In this document: positions 37,088 through 56,654 of the stretch, one piece after another
Layout: each line of letters opens with the position of its first letter
How positions within the stretch are numbered: the stretch's first letter is position 1
Source of the DNA: an uncultured Bacilli bacterium
Lineage (GTDB): Bacteria > Bacillota_I > Bacilli_A > RF39 > UBA660
Assembly (NCBI GenBank): GCA_963931305.1
Contig: OZ006994.1
Span: 134,882 to 198,881, forward strand
Direction of reading: 5' to 3'
Length of the DNA: 64,000 bases
Made by a program: the position numbers and the translations under genes
Notes under the pieces: generated by a model
What the model was told of the DNA's origin: nothing
The model's input: only the letters and a program-made list of their open reading frames with translations
Databases searched by the model: none

Positions 37088-37906
37088 ATGACATTTGATA
37101 GTATGATTCTGTTTGGAAAACGACTACTAGATGTATTACTGGTATGGCTTGTTTTTTACTATATTTTGAAAAGTTTAAGAAAAAATGTAAAAATGATTCT
37201 TTTATTTAAAGGAATTCTATTTATTGTTGTTTTAAAAATTGTTAGTGATTTATTAGATCTTGTAACAATTGGATATTTGTTAGATTATGTAATTATGTGG
37301 GGACCACTTGCTCTCATTATTATTTTTCAACCTGAAATTCGTAATGTGTTAGAACAATTAGGTCGCAGTCAATTGTTAGGACGTCATAAAGTGTTAACAG
37401 TAGATGAACGTGAAAAAATGGTATATGAAATTATTCAAGCAGTTGATTATTTAAAGAAAGCACATATTGGTGCATTAATTGTTTTAGAACGTGATAATAG
37501 TTTAACGGAATATATTGAAAAAGCAAAGAAAATATATGCTGATATTTCAAGTGATTTGTTGATTTCTCTATTTTTCCCTAACAATCCAATGCACGATGGT
37601 GGAGTGATTATTCAAGGAGACAAAATTACATGTGCTGGAGCTGTTTTTCCAACGAGTGATAGTATGAAAATCAGTAAACGTTTAGGCACAAGACACCGTG
37701 CTGCACTTGGAATTAGTGAAGAGACAGATTGTATTGCTTTAGTGGTTTCTGAAGAAACAGGAAGAATTTCAATTGCTATTGGTGGTGTTCTAAATTATAA
37801 TTTGACTTTAGATGAATTTAAGCTAATGCTTTTAGATGAATTGCGTCCAAAAAAAGCATTTATTACAACGGAAGAAGAGGAGGATGAGGAACATGAAAAT
37901 ATTTAA
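37088..37906 (+). CDS. cdaA: Diadenylate cyclase CdaA (c-di-AMP synthase)
   Basis: 3 N-terminal TM helices plus a DisA_N (DAC) domain (…GALIVLERD… HDGGVIIQ… RHRAALGISEETD…VVSEETG). Confidence 0.9.
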   Translation: MTFDSMILFGKRLLDVLLVWLVFYYILKSLRKNVKMILLFKGILFIVVLKIVSDLLDLVTIGYLLDYVIMWGPLALIIIFQPEIRNVLEQLGRSQLLGRHKVLTVDEREKMVYEIIQAVDYLKKAHIGALIVLERDNSLTEYIEKAKKIYADISSDLLISLFFPNNPMHDGGVIIQGDKITCAGAVFPTSDSMKISKRLGTRHRAALGISEETDCIALVVSEETGRISIAIGGVLNYNLTLDEFKLMLLDELRPKKAFITTEEEEDEEHENI

Positions 37907-39245
37907 AACATTCAGAATCTTTTTTCGTAATATTTGGAAGATTATTGATCGCCGTATTGTTGTTCCAATCACAAAACTTGTATTATTGATTAGTGATTCG
38001 TTTAAATCATCAAGCAAAAAAATAGAACGTTGGTTATCAAAAACAAATACATTGTTATTTTTATCTTTATTTATGGCTATTATTGTCTTTGTCATTATTG
38101 ATCAAAAGATTTTATTATTTTCTGAAAATTCTGCAGAAGTGTTAAAAGAACAACCAGTTCGTGCTACATATAACGAAGAGGCATATGTGGTTGAAGGTTT
38201 ACCAAAAAAAGTAGATGTTACTTTAATTGGACGTAAAGCAGATTTGTATTTTGCAAAACAAAGTCCATCACAAGACATTACGGTAGATTTATCTGATTTA
38301 AAACCGGGAATGCATAAGGTAAATATTAAGTATAATCAAATTTTACCTTCCATTGAATATAAAGTAAATCCAAGTGTCGCAACTGTTATGATTTACCCTA
38401 AGGTGTCAGAAACAAGAACATTGGATACAGATATTTTAAATCAAGATTCATTAGATAGTAAGTTAGTATTAAAGAGTGTGAATTTAGATACAGATAAAGT
38501 TGTCATTAAAGGAGCAGAACATCGTTTAAAAGAGGTTTCTACTGTGAAGGCTTTGGTTGATATTGAAAACCTTGTTTCTCAAGAAAAAGGAACGGTAGAA
38601 TTAAATGATATTCCTTTAAAAGCATATGATAAGAATGGAGATTCTGTTAATGTAGAAATTGTACCAAATAAAGTTTCAGCAGATATAACAATTGATTCAC
38701 CAAGTAAAGAATTACCAATTCGTGTCATTCCAAATGGAGAAATTAGTTTTGGATATGCAATTAGTGAAATTACGACAAATGAATCACGTATTACAGTATA
38801 TGGAAGCGAAAGTGCTTTAGATAAATTAAGATATGTTCCGGTATATATTGATGTAAAAGATTTAAATACTGATAGACAATATAAACAAGAAATTAAACGA
38901 CCAGTTGGTGTTCGTTCTATGAGTGTTAATAATATTACGATTAATGTAAAACTTGGAAAATCAGTTGATAAAGAAGTAAATGATGTATCTATTGAATATC
39001 GTAATTTAAGTGATGAATATACTGTTCAAGGCCTTTCTGCTGCAGATACAAAAGTTTCAGTGGTTTTAAAAGGTGTTAATACAGTATTAGATAGTATTAA
39101 AACAGAAGATATTACAGCGTATTTAGATTTAGATGGATATACTGAAGGAGAACATGAAGTTCCAGTGGAAGTAGAAGGAGAAGATGTTCGTATTCAATAT
39201 ATTCCAAAAACGAAAAAGGTAAAAATAAAAATAGTAAAAAAATAA
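37893..39245 (+). CDS. cdaR: CdaA regulatory protein CdaR (YbbR-like domain repeats)
   Basis: It overlaps the cdaA 3' end. N-terminal TM plus ~4 YbbR-like beta-rich repeats. GGAGGATGAGG lies upstream of the ATG at 37893. Confidence 0.7.
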   Translation: MKIFKTFRIFFRNIWKIIDRRIVVPITKLVLLISDSFKSSSKKIERWLSKTNTLLFLSLFMAIIVFVIIDQKILLFSENSAEVLKEQPVRATYNEEAYVVEGLPKKVDVTLIGRKADLYFAKQSPSQDITVDLSDLKPGMHKVNIKYNQILPSIEYKVNPSVATVMIYPKVSETRTLDTDILNQDSLDSKLVLKSVNLDTDKVVIKGAEHRLKEVSTVKALVDIENLVSQEKGTVELNDIPLKAYDKNGDSVNVEIVPNKVSADITIDSPSKELPIRVIPNGEISFGYAISEITTNESRITVYGSESALDKLRYVPVYIDVKDLNTDRQYKQEIKRPVGVRSMSVNNITINVKLGKSVDKEVNDVSIEYRNLSDEYTVQGLSAADTKVSVVLKGVNTVLDSIKTEDITAYLDLDGYTEGEHEVPVEVEGEDVRIQYIPKTKKVKIKIVKK

Positions 39246-39284
39246 ATAAAAAAGAATATGTATCAAAATATGATATATATTCTT

Positions 39285-39485
39285 TTATTTTCGATCTAAA
39301 TCGGTAAAAAAGATTCCTATATTAATAAGACCACATATTCCTACTATAATATATATAATTCTTGCAATTATAGATTGGTCACCAAACAAGGAAGCAACAA
39401 GGTTAATATCAAATAATCCATAAATTCCCCATACAACGGCGCCAATAATTGTAAATACTAATGCGATTTTTTGCAATGTTTCCAT
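39285..39485 (-). CDS. DUF378-family small membrane protein
   Basis: METLQKIALVFTIIGAVVWGIYGLFDINLVASLFG is a canonical DUF378 sequence. GAAAGGAAGG lies upstream of the ATG at 39485. Confidence 0.6.
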   Translation of the reverse strand: METLQKIALVFTIIGAVVWGIYGLFDINLVASLFGDQSIIARIIYIIVGICGLINIGIFFTDLDRK

Positions 39486-39596
39486 AATACCTTCCTTTCT
39501 TTTCTTTTTTATCATATCCGAAATTTAAAAAAATATTCATTCATAAACAAAATTGTATTCCATATAATTTAATGAATGAAATATTGAGGTGATAAA

Positions 39597-40601
39597 ATGA
39601 AAAAAAGAATTGCTTTTTTGATATTGATATGTGGTTGTTTTCTTTTGTCTGGTTGTGGCAAAGAAAGCGCGAAAAGTGTAGTAAATGATTTGGAAAAAAG
39701 ATTGGAAAAAATGGATGCTTATCAAGTAACAGGAGATTTAAGTATATATAGCAATGAAGATCAATATGCTTATGATGTAACAGTTTCTTATCAAAAAGAT
39801 AATCAGTTTCGAGTTTTGTTAAAAAATAAAACAAATAATCATGAACAAATTATATTACGTAATGATGATGGAATATATGTTCTAACACCATCTTTAAATA
39901 AAAGTTTTAAATTTCAAAGTGATTGGCCATATAATAGTTCTCAATCATATATTTTACAACCTTTATTAGACGATATGAAAAATGAGGAAGATCGTGAATT
40001 TAAAACAACAGATGATGGTTATGAATTTACTACGAAAGTAAATTATGTCAGTAATCAAAACTTAGTGAAACAAAAAATTGTGTTAGATAAAAATTTAAAT
40101 TTTAAAACAGTAGAAGTGTATGACAAAAATGGAAATATTAGTATTTCAATGAAATTCAAAAAAATAGATGATAATGCAAGTTTTAAAAAGAATTATTTTG
40201 CTTTGAATAACAATATGGAAGTAGCACGTGAAAATGTGGAGGAAGAAAAAGAAGTAAGTAAAATGGATGATATTATTTATCCCATGTATATTCCTAAAAA
40301 TACAAGTCTTGAAAGTCAAGATAAAGTAGATAAAGAAACTGGTGAACGTGTTATTTTGACATTTGCAGGAGCAAACCCATTTGTTTTTGTACAAGAGACT
40401 TCTCCTGTTAGTTCTGAGATGATTGTAACACCAGTTGATGGCGAACCTGTTTTATTAGCAAGCGGAATTGGTGCTCTTACTGATTCCAGTGTAACTTGGA
40501 TTGACGATAATATTGAATACTATATTACTGCCTCATCACTATCACAAGAAGAAATGCTATCGGTTGTAAATTCAGTGAGTGTGATGCCGATTGGGAAATA
40601 G
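39597..40601 (+). CDS. Putative lipoprotein
   Basis: Signal peptide with lipobox LLSGC|GKES. 334 aa. No catalytic motif. Confidence 0.45.
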   Translation: MKKRIAFLILICGCFLLSGCGKESAKSVVNDLEKRLEKMDAYQVTGDLSIYSNEDQYAYDVTVSYQKDNQFRVLLKNKTNNHEQIILRNDDGIYVLTPSLNKSFKFQSDWPYNSSQSYILQPLLDDMKNEEDREFKTTDDGYEFTTKVNYVSNQNLVKQKIVLDKNLNFKTVEVYDKNGNISISMKFKKIDDNASFKKNYFALNNNMEVARENVEEEKEVSKMDDIIYPMYIPKNTSLESQDKVDKETGERVILTFAGANPFVFVQETSPVSSEMIVTPVDGEPVLLASGIGALTDSSVTWIDDNIEYYITASSLSQEEMLSVVNSVSVMPIGK

Positions 40602-40656
40602 AAAAAACTATTTCCTTTTTTTTGATTTATGTTATAATAAATACGTGGTGATGAAA

Positions 40657-41172
40657 ATGAGTAAAAATAAGATGCAAATTAAAGAAATATCAACAGTAGA
40701 TGAAGGAAGTAGACTATTTAAAATTATTGTAATTATTTTAATTTTATTTGCTATCTTTTATTTTTTAACTGGCTATGTTAGTAAGTATATGAACAAACGT
40801 AATAATAAAATAGATAACACACCAGTTACAGCCGTCATTCAATATGATAAGATTATGATTGGAGAAATTTTAAATCAAAGTCCATCGGAATATTACGTAT
40901 TGTTAAATAAGAATGATGATTCATATCAATCATTATATGATTCTTATATTACGACATATAAGAATGAAGGGGATCATTTAGATATCTATACAGTTGATTT
41001 AGATGATTCATTTAATAAAAAATATTTAAGTGAAGAAGAAAATTTACAACCAGAAAAAATTTCTGACTTTCGTATTCATAATAAAGCTTTGTTAAAAATA
41101 ACTAATCATAAAATTACAAATGTTTATCAGGATGATGCTATCGCATCAGAGTTAAAAGAGTTAGCACAATAG
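40657..41172 (+). CDS. Hypothetical single-TM membrane protein
   Basis: One TM after ~25 aa. Start at the ATG at 40657 (GGTGA 6 nt upstream). Confidence 0.3.
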   Translation: MSKNKMQIKEISTVDEGSRLFKIIVIILILFAIFYFLTGYVSKYMNKRNNKIDNTPVTAVIQYDKIMIGEILNQSPSEYYVLLNKNDDSYQSLYDSYITTYKNEGDHLDIYTVDLDDSFNKKYLSEEENLQPEKISDFRIHNKALLKITNHKITNVYQDDAIASELKELAQ

Positions 41173-41259
41173 TGCTGCTTTTTTTGTAAAACTTTTGTTT
41201 CTTGTTTTTAACATGGACAATGATTTGTAAAATATGATATAGTAATAAAAGGTGATACT

Positions 41260-42549
41260 ATGGAAAGACCAACAGAAAACGATGAAGTAAAAAACAATTA
41301 TAAAGCACAAAATCATAATATAAAAAGTAAAAAAAAGAAAAATGTGAAAAATCCTTTTACAAATGTAGAAGTCATTTTTTTAGTTGTTGTAACAGTAATT
41401 GTATCCGTGTTGATGACTTATATTTTTACGAGCTCTTTTTATTTAAAAGATGAAGTAAATGAAACTTATGAAGAGGATTCGGCACTACAAGAATTTATTG
41501 ATACTTATCAAAATGTAATTGATAGTTATTATGAGGAAGTGGACGAACAAGAATTAATTGATAATGCAATTAAAGGTATGTTATCGGGATTAGATGATCC
41601 ATATTCTACATATTTAGATGAAAACACTTCCTCTAATTTTGATGTGAATTTAGAGGGAACTTATCAGGGGATTGGTTTAGAAGTTTACAATGACAGTGAT
41701 ATGAATGTTGTTGTTTCCCGTGTGTTTGAGAATTCTTCAGCGGATCAAGCAGGGATTCAAGCCGGTGATATTATCAAAAAAATTGATAACAAAGATTTAA
41801 CAAATAAGAAGACGAGTGAGTTTGCGAATTATACTAAGAATAAAAAGAATGGAAAGTTTGAAGTTGTATATAGTCATGAAGGCGAAGAAAAAACCGCACA
41901 ATTAGAAAGAAAAATCATTATTATTCAATCAGTATCTTCAGAGGTAATTGAAAGAAATAGTCATAAGATGGGTTATATTCAAATTGATATTTTTTCGGCT
42001 ACAACATATAGTCAATTTAAAAAAGCTGTTGAAAAATTAGAAAAAGAACAAGTAGAAGGCATGGTTATTGATGTGCGTGGTAATACTGGAGGGCACCTTA
42101 CGGTAGTGTCTGATATGTTGTCATTATTTATGGATAAAAAACATGTAATTTATCAAATAGAAGACAAGAACAAAAAGACAAAATATTATTCAACCGGAAA
42201 AGACACAAAAGAGTATCCAGTTGTCGTACTTCAAAATGAAGGTTCTGCTTCTGCATCTGAACTATTTACAGCAGCTATGAAAGAATCATATGGAGCAAAA
42301 ATTGTAGGAATGAAAAGTTATGGGAAAGGTACTGTTCAAGAATTAAATACATTACAAGACGGAACACAGTATAAATTCACAACGAAAAAATGGTTAACTC
42401 CAAAAGGTAATTGGATACATGAAAAAGGTATTACACCTGATGTAACAATAGAGTTAAATGAAAAATATTTAGAAAATCCGACACATGAGAATGATGAACA
42501 ATTTCAAAAAGCTTTTGATGTTTTAGAAGAACAACTCAATGGGAAGTAA
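41260..42549 (+). CDS. Carboxy-terminal processing protease, S41 family (CtpA/CtpB-like) with a PDZ domain
   Basis: N-terminal TM, PDZ domain, and the S41 catalytic region (…GNTGGHL… GSASASELF…). Confidence 0.8.
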   Translation: MERPTENDEVKNNYKAQNHNIKSKKKKNVKNPFTNVEVIFLVVVTVIVSVLMTYIFTSSFYLKDEVNETYEEDSALQEFIDTYQNVIDSYYEEVDEQELIDNAIKGMLSGLDDPYSTYLDENTSSNFDVNLEGTYQGIGLEVYNDSDMNVVVSRVFENSSADQAGIQAGDIIKKIDNKDLTNKKTSEFANYTKNKKNGKFEVVYSHEGEEKTAQLERKIIIIQSVSSEVIERNSHKMGYIQIDIFSATTYSQFKKAVEKLEKEQVEGMVIDVRGNTGGHLTVVSDMLSLFMDKKHVIYQIEDKNKKTKYYSTGKDTKEYPVVVLQNEGSASASELFTAAMKESYGAKIVGMKSYGKGTVQELNTLQDGTQYKFTTKKWLTPKGNWIHEKGITPDVTIELNEKYLENPTHENDEQFQKAFDVLEEQLNGK

Positions 42550-42608
42550 AGTTTTTTACTTTCTTTTTTTTCTTCTTTATTATATAATGATGTCGAAGGA
42601 AGGTTAAT

Positions 42609-43157
42609 ATGAAAGAGTTGAAAGTGGGGGATTGCTTACAGATACAGTGTTATAAACATAATAAAAAAGTGCATCGTTCGTGGAACGAAGCAATTGTACT
42701 AGATATTCAAGATGACTATATTGTATTTGGAGATAATAAAACATTGGTGATTGAATCTGATGGTAGTTATTGGAAGACGAAAGAACCGGCAATTTTATAT
42801 TTTTTTAAAGATCGTTGGTATAATATTATTGTTCAATTAAAAAAGAATGGCATTTATTATTACTGTAATATCGCAACACCTTTTTTAATTGAAGATAATA
42901 CAGTAAAATATATAGATTATGATTTAGACCTTCGCGTGTTTCCAAATGGAAGTTATAAGATTTTAGATCGTATGGAGTATCAATATCATAAGAAAATTAT
43001 GCATTATTCAAAAGAACTGGATTATGTAATTAATAGAGCTTTAGATGAATTGATCCACGAATATAAAAACCATTTTTTTGCGTTTTCCAAATCTAGAAAT
43101 TTAAAATATTATGAGCAGTATCAAAAAATAGTAAAGCAAAACCAAAATAGTAATTAA
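42609..43157 (+). CDS. DUF402 (FomD-like) family protein, putative nucleoside di/triphosphatase
   Basis: 182 aa. DUF402 pattern (…YYYCNIATP… IDYDLDL…). Confidence 0.5.
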   Translation: MKELKVGDCLQIQCYKHNKKVHRSWNEAIVLDIQDDYIVFGDNKTLVIESDGSYWKTKEPAILYFFKDRWYNIIVQLKKNGIYYYCNIATPFLIEDNTVKYIDYDLDLRVFPNGSYKILDRMEYQYHKKIMHYSKELDYVINRALDELIHEYKNHFFAFSKSRNLKYYEQYQKIVKQNQNSN

Positions 43158-43186
43158 ATACCAATATTGGTATTTTTTTTAATAGT
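43158..43186 (+). terminator. Rho-independent terminator (perfect palindrome aataccaatattggtatt plus a T-run)
   Basis: Seen directly in the sequence. Confidence 0.55.
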
Positions 43187-43264
43187 AATACATATAATAT
43201 ATGGTAAAGGAATTAGCCTTTATCAACTTTATGTTAAATTTTCTAAAAAAGTCAAAAAAAAGTA

Positions 43265-43293
43265 TTGACAATGAAAAAAGCAGATGATATATT
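43265..43293 (+). promoter_or_regulatory. rRNA operon promoter (copy 1)
   Basis: TTGACA, a 17-nt spacer, then TATATT, preceded by an A-rich UP-like tract. It lies ~125 nt upstream of the mature 16S 5' end and is repeated exactly at 51754-51782. Confidence 0.5.
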
Positions 43294-43418
43294 AGTAGTG
43301 CTTTCTTTGAGAAAGCAAGAGAAATTGAAGAAATTCAATGAATGATCTTTGAAAACTGAGCAAAACGTGAATTCCAAATCGCTAGGAAAAAAACAATAAA
43401 AAAATGAAAATAAATTTT

Positions 43419-44976
<1,558 letters not shown>

Positions 44977-45174
44977 ATGGAGAAAGAAAAAACCGTAAGA
45001 TAGCGAAAAGGAAAGAGAAGTTTTGCTTAGTTTTGAGAGATTGTTCTCTCAAGAAATTGTTCTTTGAAAACTTGATAATGTGGTAGTGATATACGAAAAG
45101 AAAGCCGACTAGAAATAGTCAACGTCGCGCGTATATCACATTAAAACTCAATCAATTAGGATAAATAACGAAAT

Positions 45175-48102
<2,928 letters not shown>

Positions 48103-48165
48103 CAAGTTATTTATGAAGATTGAAACACATTATCATGTTTTCAGAGAATAATTTCTGTAAAGTAA

Positions 48166-48270
48166 ATTGGTAACAATAGCAATGAGGGTACACCTGTTCC
48201 CATCCCGAACACAGAAGTTAAGCTCATTCACGCCGACGATAGTTTATCGCGAAAATAGGTAGTTGCCAAT
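48166..48270 (+). rRNA. rrf: 5S ribosomal RNA (copy 1)
   Basis: …CCTGTTCCCATCCCGAACACAGAAGTTAAGC…; the terminal helix pairs attggtaac with gttgccaat; followed by a T8 run. Confidence 0.8.
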
Positions 48271-48360
48271 TTTTTTTGTATACTCCGTTACCATTAGGTA
48301 GCGTTTTATTTTACTTTTTTTTATTATTTGATATAATATATACCCACAAGGGGTGTTTTT

Positions 48361-48996
48361 ATGAATCGCTTTCATTTATATAATCAAGAAATATTTGATC
48401 GATATTTGACATGTGTCAAAGAACAACCAAGGGAACTATCTTATCCTTTATTAGTTTCTCCAGATATTTTAAATACAACTGGAAAAATTCTTTATATAGG
48501 TCAAGAAACGAATACTTGGGGAAATCAATTGCCTTCTAGTGTGACGGTTGAAGATCTGGAAACTTTATATGATTCTTTTTTACAATCAGGAGCAACAAAT
48601 AGACCATATTGGAAATTTATCAAAAGTATGATAGATAAACCATTATATGATTCTGTTGTTTGGTCTAATTTATTAGTATGTGGAAAACGAGATGGGCTAG
48701 GTACACCTGAAGTATCTGATGAATTGTTTCAATTAAGTACAGAATATCTCTATCACTTATACGAAATATCTAAACCATCCCAGGTTATTATACTTTCATC
48801 TCCTCGCTTGGTATACGCTAAATTAATTCGTTCTTTTTTAGAAAATATTGGCTGTGTTATGAATGAGACGATTTCTTCGACACAATCTATATTAGTAAAT
48901 CAAGAAAAAAATATAATATGGACTTATCATCCGAAATATTTAGCAATGTCTAAACAAACTGAAAAAGTAAAATCCATTTGTAAAAAATATCTTTAA
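48361..48996 (+). CDS. Hypothetical protein
   Basis: 211 aa. Its own -10-like element (ttgatataat) lies upstream. No confident family. A motif ILYIGQETNTWG is vaguely UDG-superfamily-like; this is unverified. Confidence 0.3.
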   Translation: MNRFHLYNQEIFDRYLTCVKEQPRELSYPLLVSPDILNTTGKILYIGQETNTWGNQLPSSVTVEDLETLYDSFLQSGATNRPYWKFIKSMIDKPLYDSVVWSNLLVCGKRDGLGTPEVSDELFQLSTEYLYHLYEISKPSQVIILSSPRLVYAKLIRSFLENIGCVMNETISSTQSILVNQEKNIIWTYHPKYLAMSKQTEKVKSICKKYL

Positions 48997-49115
48997 TATA
49001 ATACATGTTATATTATACAGTGATTTACCATTATCTTTTTACAATATTTGATAAATAACTATCATGTTTTTAATGTTTATGATATACTGTTAGTAATAAG
49101 GAGGAGTGTTTTTAT

Positions 49116-49463
49116 ATGATACGTAAAAGAAATTTGGTAACATGTATTTTACTATCAATTATTACATGTGGTATTTATGGTATTATTTGGTTCATCAATA
49201 TGACAGATAATGTAGCATATTTAAGTGATGATCCTGAAATGAGTGGTGGAAAAGCATTTTTATTCACTTTGATTACATGTGGTATTTATTCTTATTTTTG
49301 GGCTTATAAAATGGGAAAAAATATTTATCGTGCACAAGTAAAAAGAGATATGCCAGCAAGTGATAATTCTGTATTATATGTTATTTTACAAATTTTTGGA
49401 CTTGGCATTGTAAATTACTGCTTAATTCAAAATGATATTAACAGTATGGCAACAGAAGATTAA
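49116..49463 (+). CDS. DUF4234-family small membrane protein
   Basis: Duplicated TCGIYG/TCGIYS…W motifs in two TM hairpins. Confidence 0.5.
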   Translation: MIRKRNLVTCILLSIITCGIYGIIWFINMTDNVAYLSDDPEMSGGKAFLFTLITCGIYSYFWAYKMGKNIYRAQVKRDMPASDNSVLYVILQIFGLGIVNYCLIQNDINSMATED

Positions 49464-49483
49464 TTAATGGAAGATGATAAGGA

Positions 49484-49903
49484 ATGAAGACGATATTAAT
49501 GTTCAATAGAAAGAAATTATTATTTAGTGTATCAATATTGATATTAGGAGCAGTAGCACTTTTATTATTTCTTTTCTTGAATCATACATATTCGTTTTAC
49601 ATTCCTTGTTTTTTTCATCAAATCACAGGACTTTATTGCCCGGGATGTGGTATTACTAGGATGATCATTTCTATATTACAATTTGATTTTTATCAAGCAT
49701 TTCACTGGAATCCTTTTTTATTTTTGCTCATTCCATTTTTTGTGATTTATGGAACTTTATACTATTATCATTGGTTATATAATAAAAATATTCCCAAATT
49801 ACCTAATCTAGTTTGGAATATATTATTGATTTTGGCGATTCTATTTATGGTTTTACGTAATATACCTATATTTGATTTTTTGAAACCTACCTTAATTAAT
49901 TAA
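49484..49903 (+). CDS. DUF2752-family membrane protein
   Basis: CPGCGITR motif in a multi-TM protein. Confidence 0.5.
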   Translation: MKTILMFNRKKLLFSVSILILGAVALLLFLFLNHTYSFYIPCFFHQITGLYCPGCGITRMIISILQFDFYQAFHWNPFLFLLIPFFVIYGTLYYYHWLYNKNIPKLPNLVWNILLILAILFMVLRNIPIFDFLKPTLIN

Positions 49904-50144
49904 AAAAGCTGAGATGAAAAAGTAAACGCAACTTTGAAAAGTTAAATGCAATTTTAAATATGATCTAATGTTGATAACAAATAAAACTGAACTTTATTTG
50001 GTTTTAAATTGTATCACTTTTATCTCTGTCAAGGGTAAAATGAACGTTTTGTCCTTGACAAAGCATGGTTTTGTGCATAAAATATGACTTGTAAGTATTA
50101 TTTATTGCATGACGAAAAGAGAATGCATTTTTAGAAATTTTTTT

Positions 50145-51585
50145 GAAATTCAAAACGCAACCTTTTTGTAGTATTATGAATGATAGTGCTTATGAATGTC
50201 GATTTTATTTTAAAATATTAGAGGTTAAATTAATATTGTTAGAATTAATTTTTCTAATATTCAACTTATCTAAGGTATTTTTACCGTAGATAGTACTGAA
50301 CATTTTGTATGGGGATACATTGTTCAGTTTTTTTCTTTTGTAAGAATTGATGTGTGACATAATTAAATCTATATCTTCTTGAGTTAAATTATCAAAAGAT
50401 GTTCCTTTGGGAAGAATTCTTCTTAACAATTCATGATTAACTTCACAAGATCCTTTTTCATAAGGACTTGAAGGATGACAATAAAATATTTGTGTTCTTT
50501 TTTCACCAGTATTAAGATCAACTTCTATTTCAGTAGGATTGGAAAACTCACTACCATTGTCTGTTAATATGAGTATAAATAATTCTTTAAATTTATTTAT
50601 GCCTAATATATTTTGAAGATAATTAAAAATATCAACAACTGATTGAGCATCATTATATTCTCTTATAAAAGCTAGCATAAATAAACAGTTTACAAAATGA
50701 AGAGTAAGTAAAACTTTTCCTCCTTTTCTGCCTTCTACGGAGTCCATTTCAACAATTGGAGTATCAGGGTTTTGTTCTATATATTTTAAGAAATCTTCAT
50801 AAGTTCTATTTTCTAAACAATTTTTATCGATTTTATACACTTTAGCTTTCTTTGTCCGTTGTCTAAATCTAACCTTTCTAGGTAAGTCTATATTTCTAAC
50901 TTCTAAAAGTCCTAAATCAATTAGTTTATATATTTTCTTTTCTGAAAACATAATCTTATTTCTGTTATTTATCACAGCATGATGAATTGATTGACCATTT
51001 TCTTTTATAAGTGGAGTTAAAATATCATTTAAATGTTCCACTTCTTCTTGAGTAATAACGATGCCACAACGAGACTCTTTTAAATTATCTTCATATTCTT
51101 CTTGTGCATAATTTGCATCATAAAATCTTTTAGAAAGAGTACATTGACTTCTTCTTTTACAACCATTACAAACATAAGGAGAATGGTTAAGTAAAGAACA
51201 TTTTTCTTCTACAAAATCAACACAGTTTTTGATATTACAATTTTTACCTCTATTAGGACAAATTTTTCTGTATAAGCAATTATTAAATCGTCTGCCCACA
51301 GAACCAGTATGTTTGGTGATATAGTGATTTCTTATTTCTCTAGAAATAGAAGAGGGATGTTTATGAACATTTTTTGAAATTTGTTTTAATGAAACATGAT
51401 TGTTTAAATTGTTTTCGATCGTATATCTGTCATCTTTAGTAAGATGCATAATAATAACTCCTTTCAAACAGCATAAGCACTATCAAGGAGTTATTATAAT
51501 TATTTGTATGGTTAAAAGCAACTACATACCTTTTCCCAGTTAAATACAACCTTTTACGAAATAAGAGGTCGCGTTTTGAAAAACT
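50145..51585 (-). mobile_element. IS30-family insertion sequence (boundaries approximate)
   Basis: Encodes an IS30-type transposase. Imperfect terminal inverted repeats ttcaaaacgcaacc (50149-50162) and ggtcgcgttttgaa (51567-51580). Subterminal gatagtgcttatg copies lie in inverted orientation near both ends. Confidence 0.55.
50205..51449 (-). CDS. IS30-family transposase (N-terminal HTH, C-terminal DDE/rve core)
   Basis: The N-terminus (…LTKDDRYTIEN…SLKQISKNVHKHPSSISREI) is HTH_38-like. The DDE core carries the IS30-diagnostic LTDNGSEF. A Cys-rich insert lies between them. AAAGGAG lies 8 nt upstream of the ATG at 51449. Confidence 0.7.
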   Translation of the reverse strand: MHLTKDDRYTIENNLNNHVSLKQISKNVHKHPSSISREIRNHYITKHTGSVGRRFNNCLYRKICPNRGKNCNIKNCVDFVEEKCSLLNHSPYVCNGCKRRSQCTLSKRFYDANYAQEEYEDNLKESRCGIVITQEEVEHLNDILTPLIKENGQSIHHAVINNRNKIMFSEKKIYKLIDLGLLEVRNIDLPRKVRFRQRTKKAKVYKIDKNCLENRTYEDFLKYIEQNPDTPIVEMDSVEGRKGGKVLLTLHFVNCLFMLAFIREYNDAQSVVDIFNYLQNILGINKFKELFILILTDNGSEFSNPTEIEVDLNTGEKRTQIFYCHPSSPYEKGSCEVNHELLRRILPKGTSFDNLTQEDIDLIMSHINSYKRKKLNNVSPYKMFSTIYGKNTLDKLNIRKINSNNINLTSNILK

Positions 51586-51753
51586 TTTCACTATTAATTA
51601 AAAAAATAAAAAAAGATGAAAAAAAGTATTGCATTTCTAAAGAAATTGGAATATAATGAAAGAGTGCTGTTCATTGAAAGACCAATATTTTTATTAATTC
51701 TTACTAAGAATTAGTCGATTTTGACTATTTTTTTTGTAAGTCAAAAAAAAGTA

Positions 51754-51782
51754 TTGACAATGAAAAAAGCAGATGATATATT
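51754..51782 (+). promoter_or_regulatory. rRNA operon promoter (copy 2)
   Basis: Identical to the copy-1 promoter. Confidence 0.5.
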
Positions 51783-51907
51783 AGTAGTGCTTTCTTTGAG
51801 AAAGCAAGAGAAATTGAAGAAATTCAATGAATGATCTTTGAAAACTGAGCAAAACGTGAATTCCAAATCGCTAGGAAAAAAACAATAAAAAAATGAAAAT
51901 AAATTTT

Positions 51908-53465
<1,558 letters not shown>

Positions 53466-53663
53466 ATGGAGAAAGAAAAAACCGTAAGATAGCGAAAAGG
53501 AAAGAGAAGTTTTGCTTAGTTTTGAGAGATTGTTCTCTCAAGAAATTGTTCTTTGAAAACTTGATAATGTGGTAGTGATATACGAAAAGAAAGCCGACTA
53601 GAAATAGTCAACGTCGCGCGTATATCACATTAAAACTCAATCAATTAGGATAAATAACGAAAT

Positions 53664-56591
<2,928 letters not shown>

Positions 56592-56654
56592 CAAGTTATT
56601 TATGAAGATTGAAACACATTATCATGTTTTCAGAGAATAATTTCTGTAAAGTAA

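Noticed and set aside
39537-39834. ORFs 39537..39725- and 39541..39834- between the DUF378 gene and the lipoprotein gene
   Set aside because: They overlap the lipoprotein gene's promoter/5' end in an AT-rich region. No RBS and implausible composition.
44977-45174. tRNA genes in the 16S-23S spacers or elsewhere in the window
   Set aside because: No cloverleaf-compatible sequence with a GTTCRANYC T-loop was seen in either ITS or in the intergenic regions inspected by eye.
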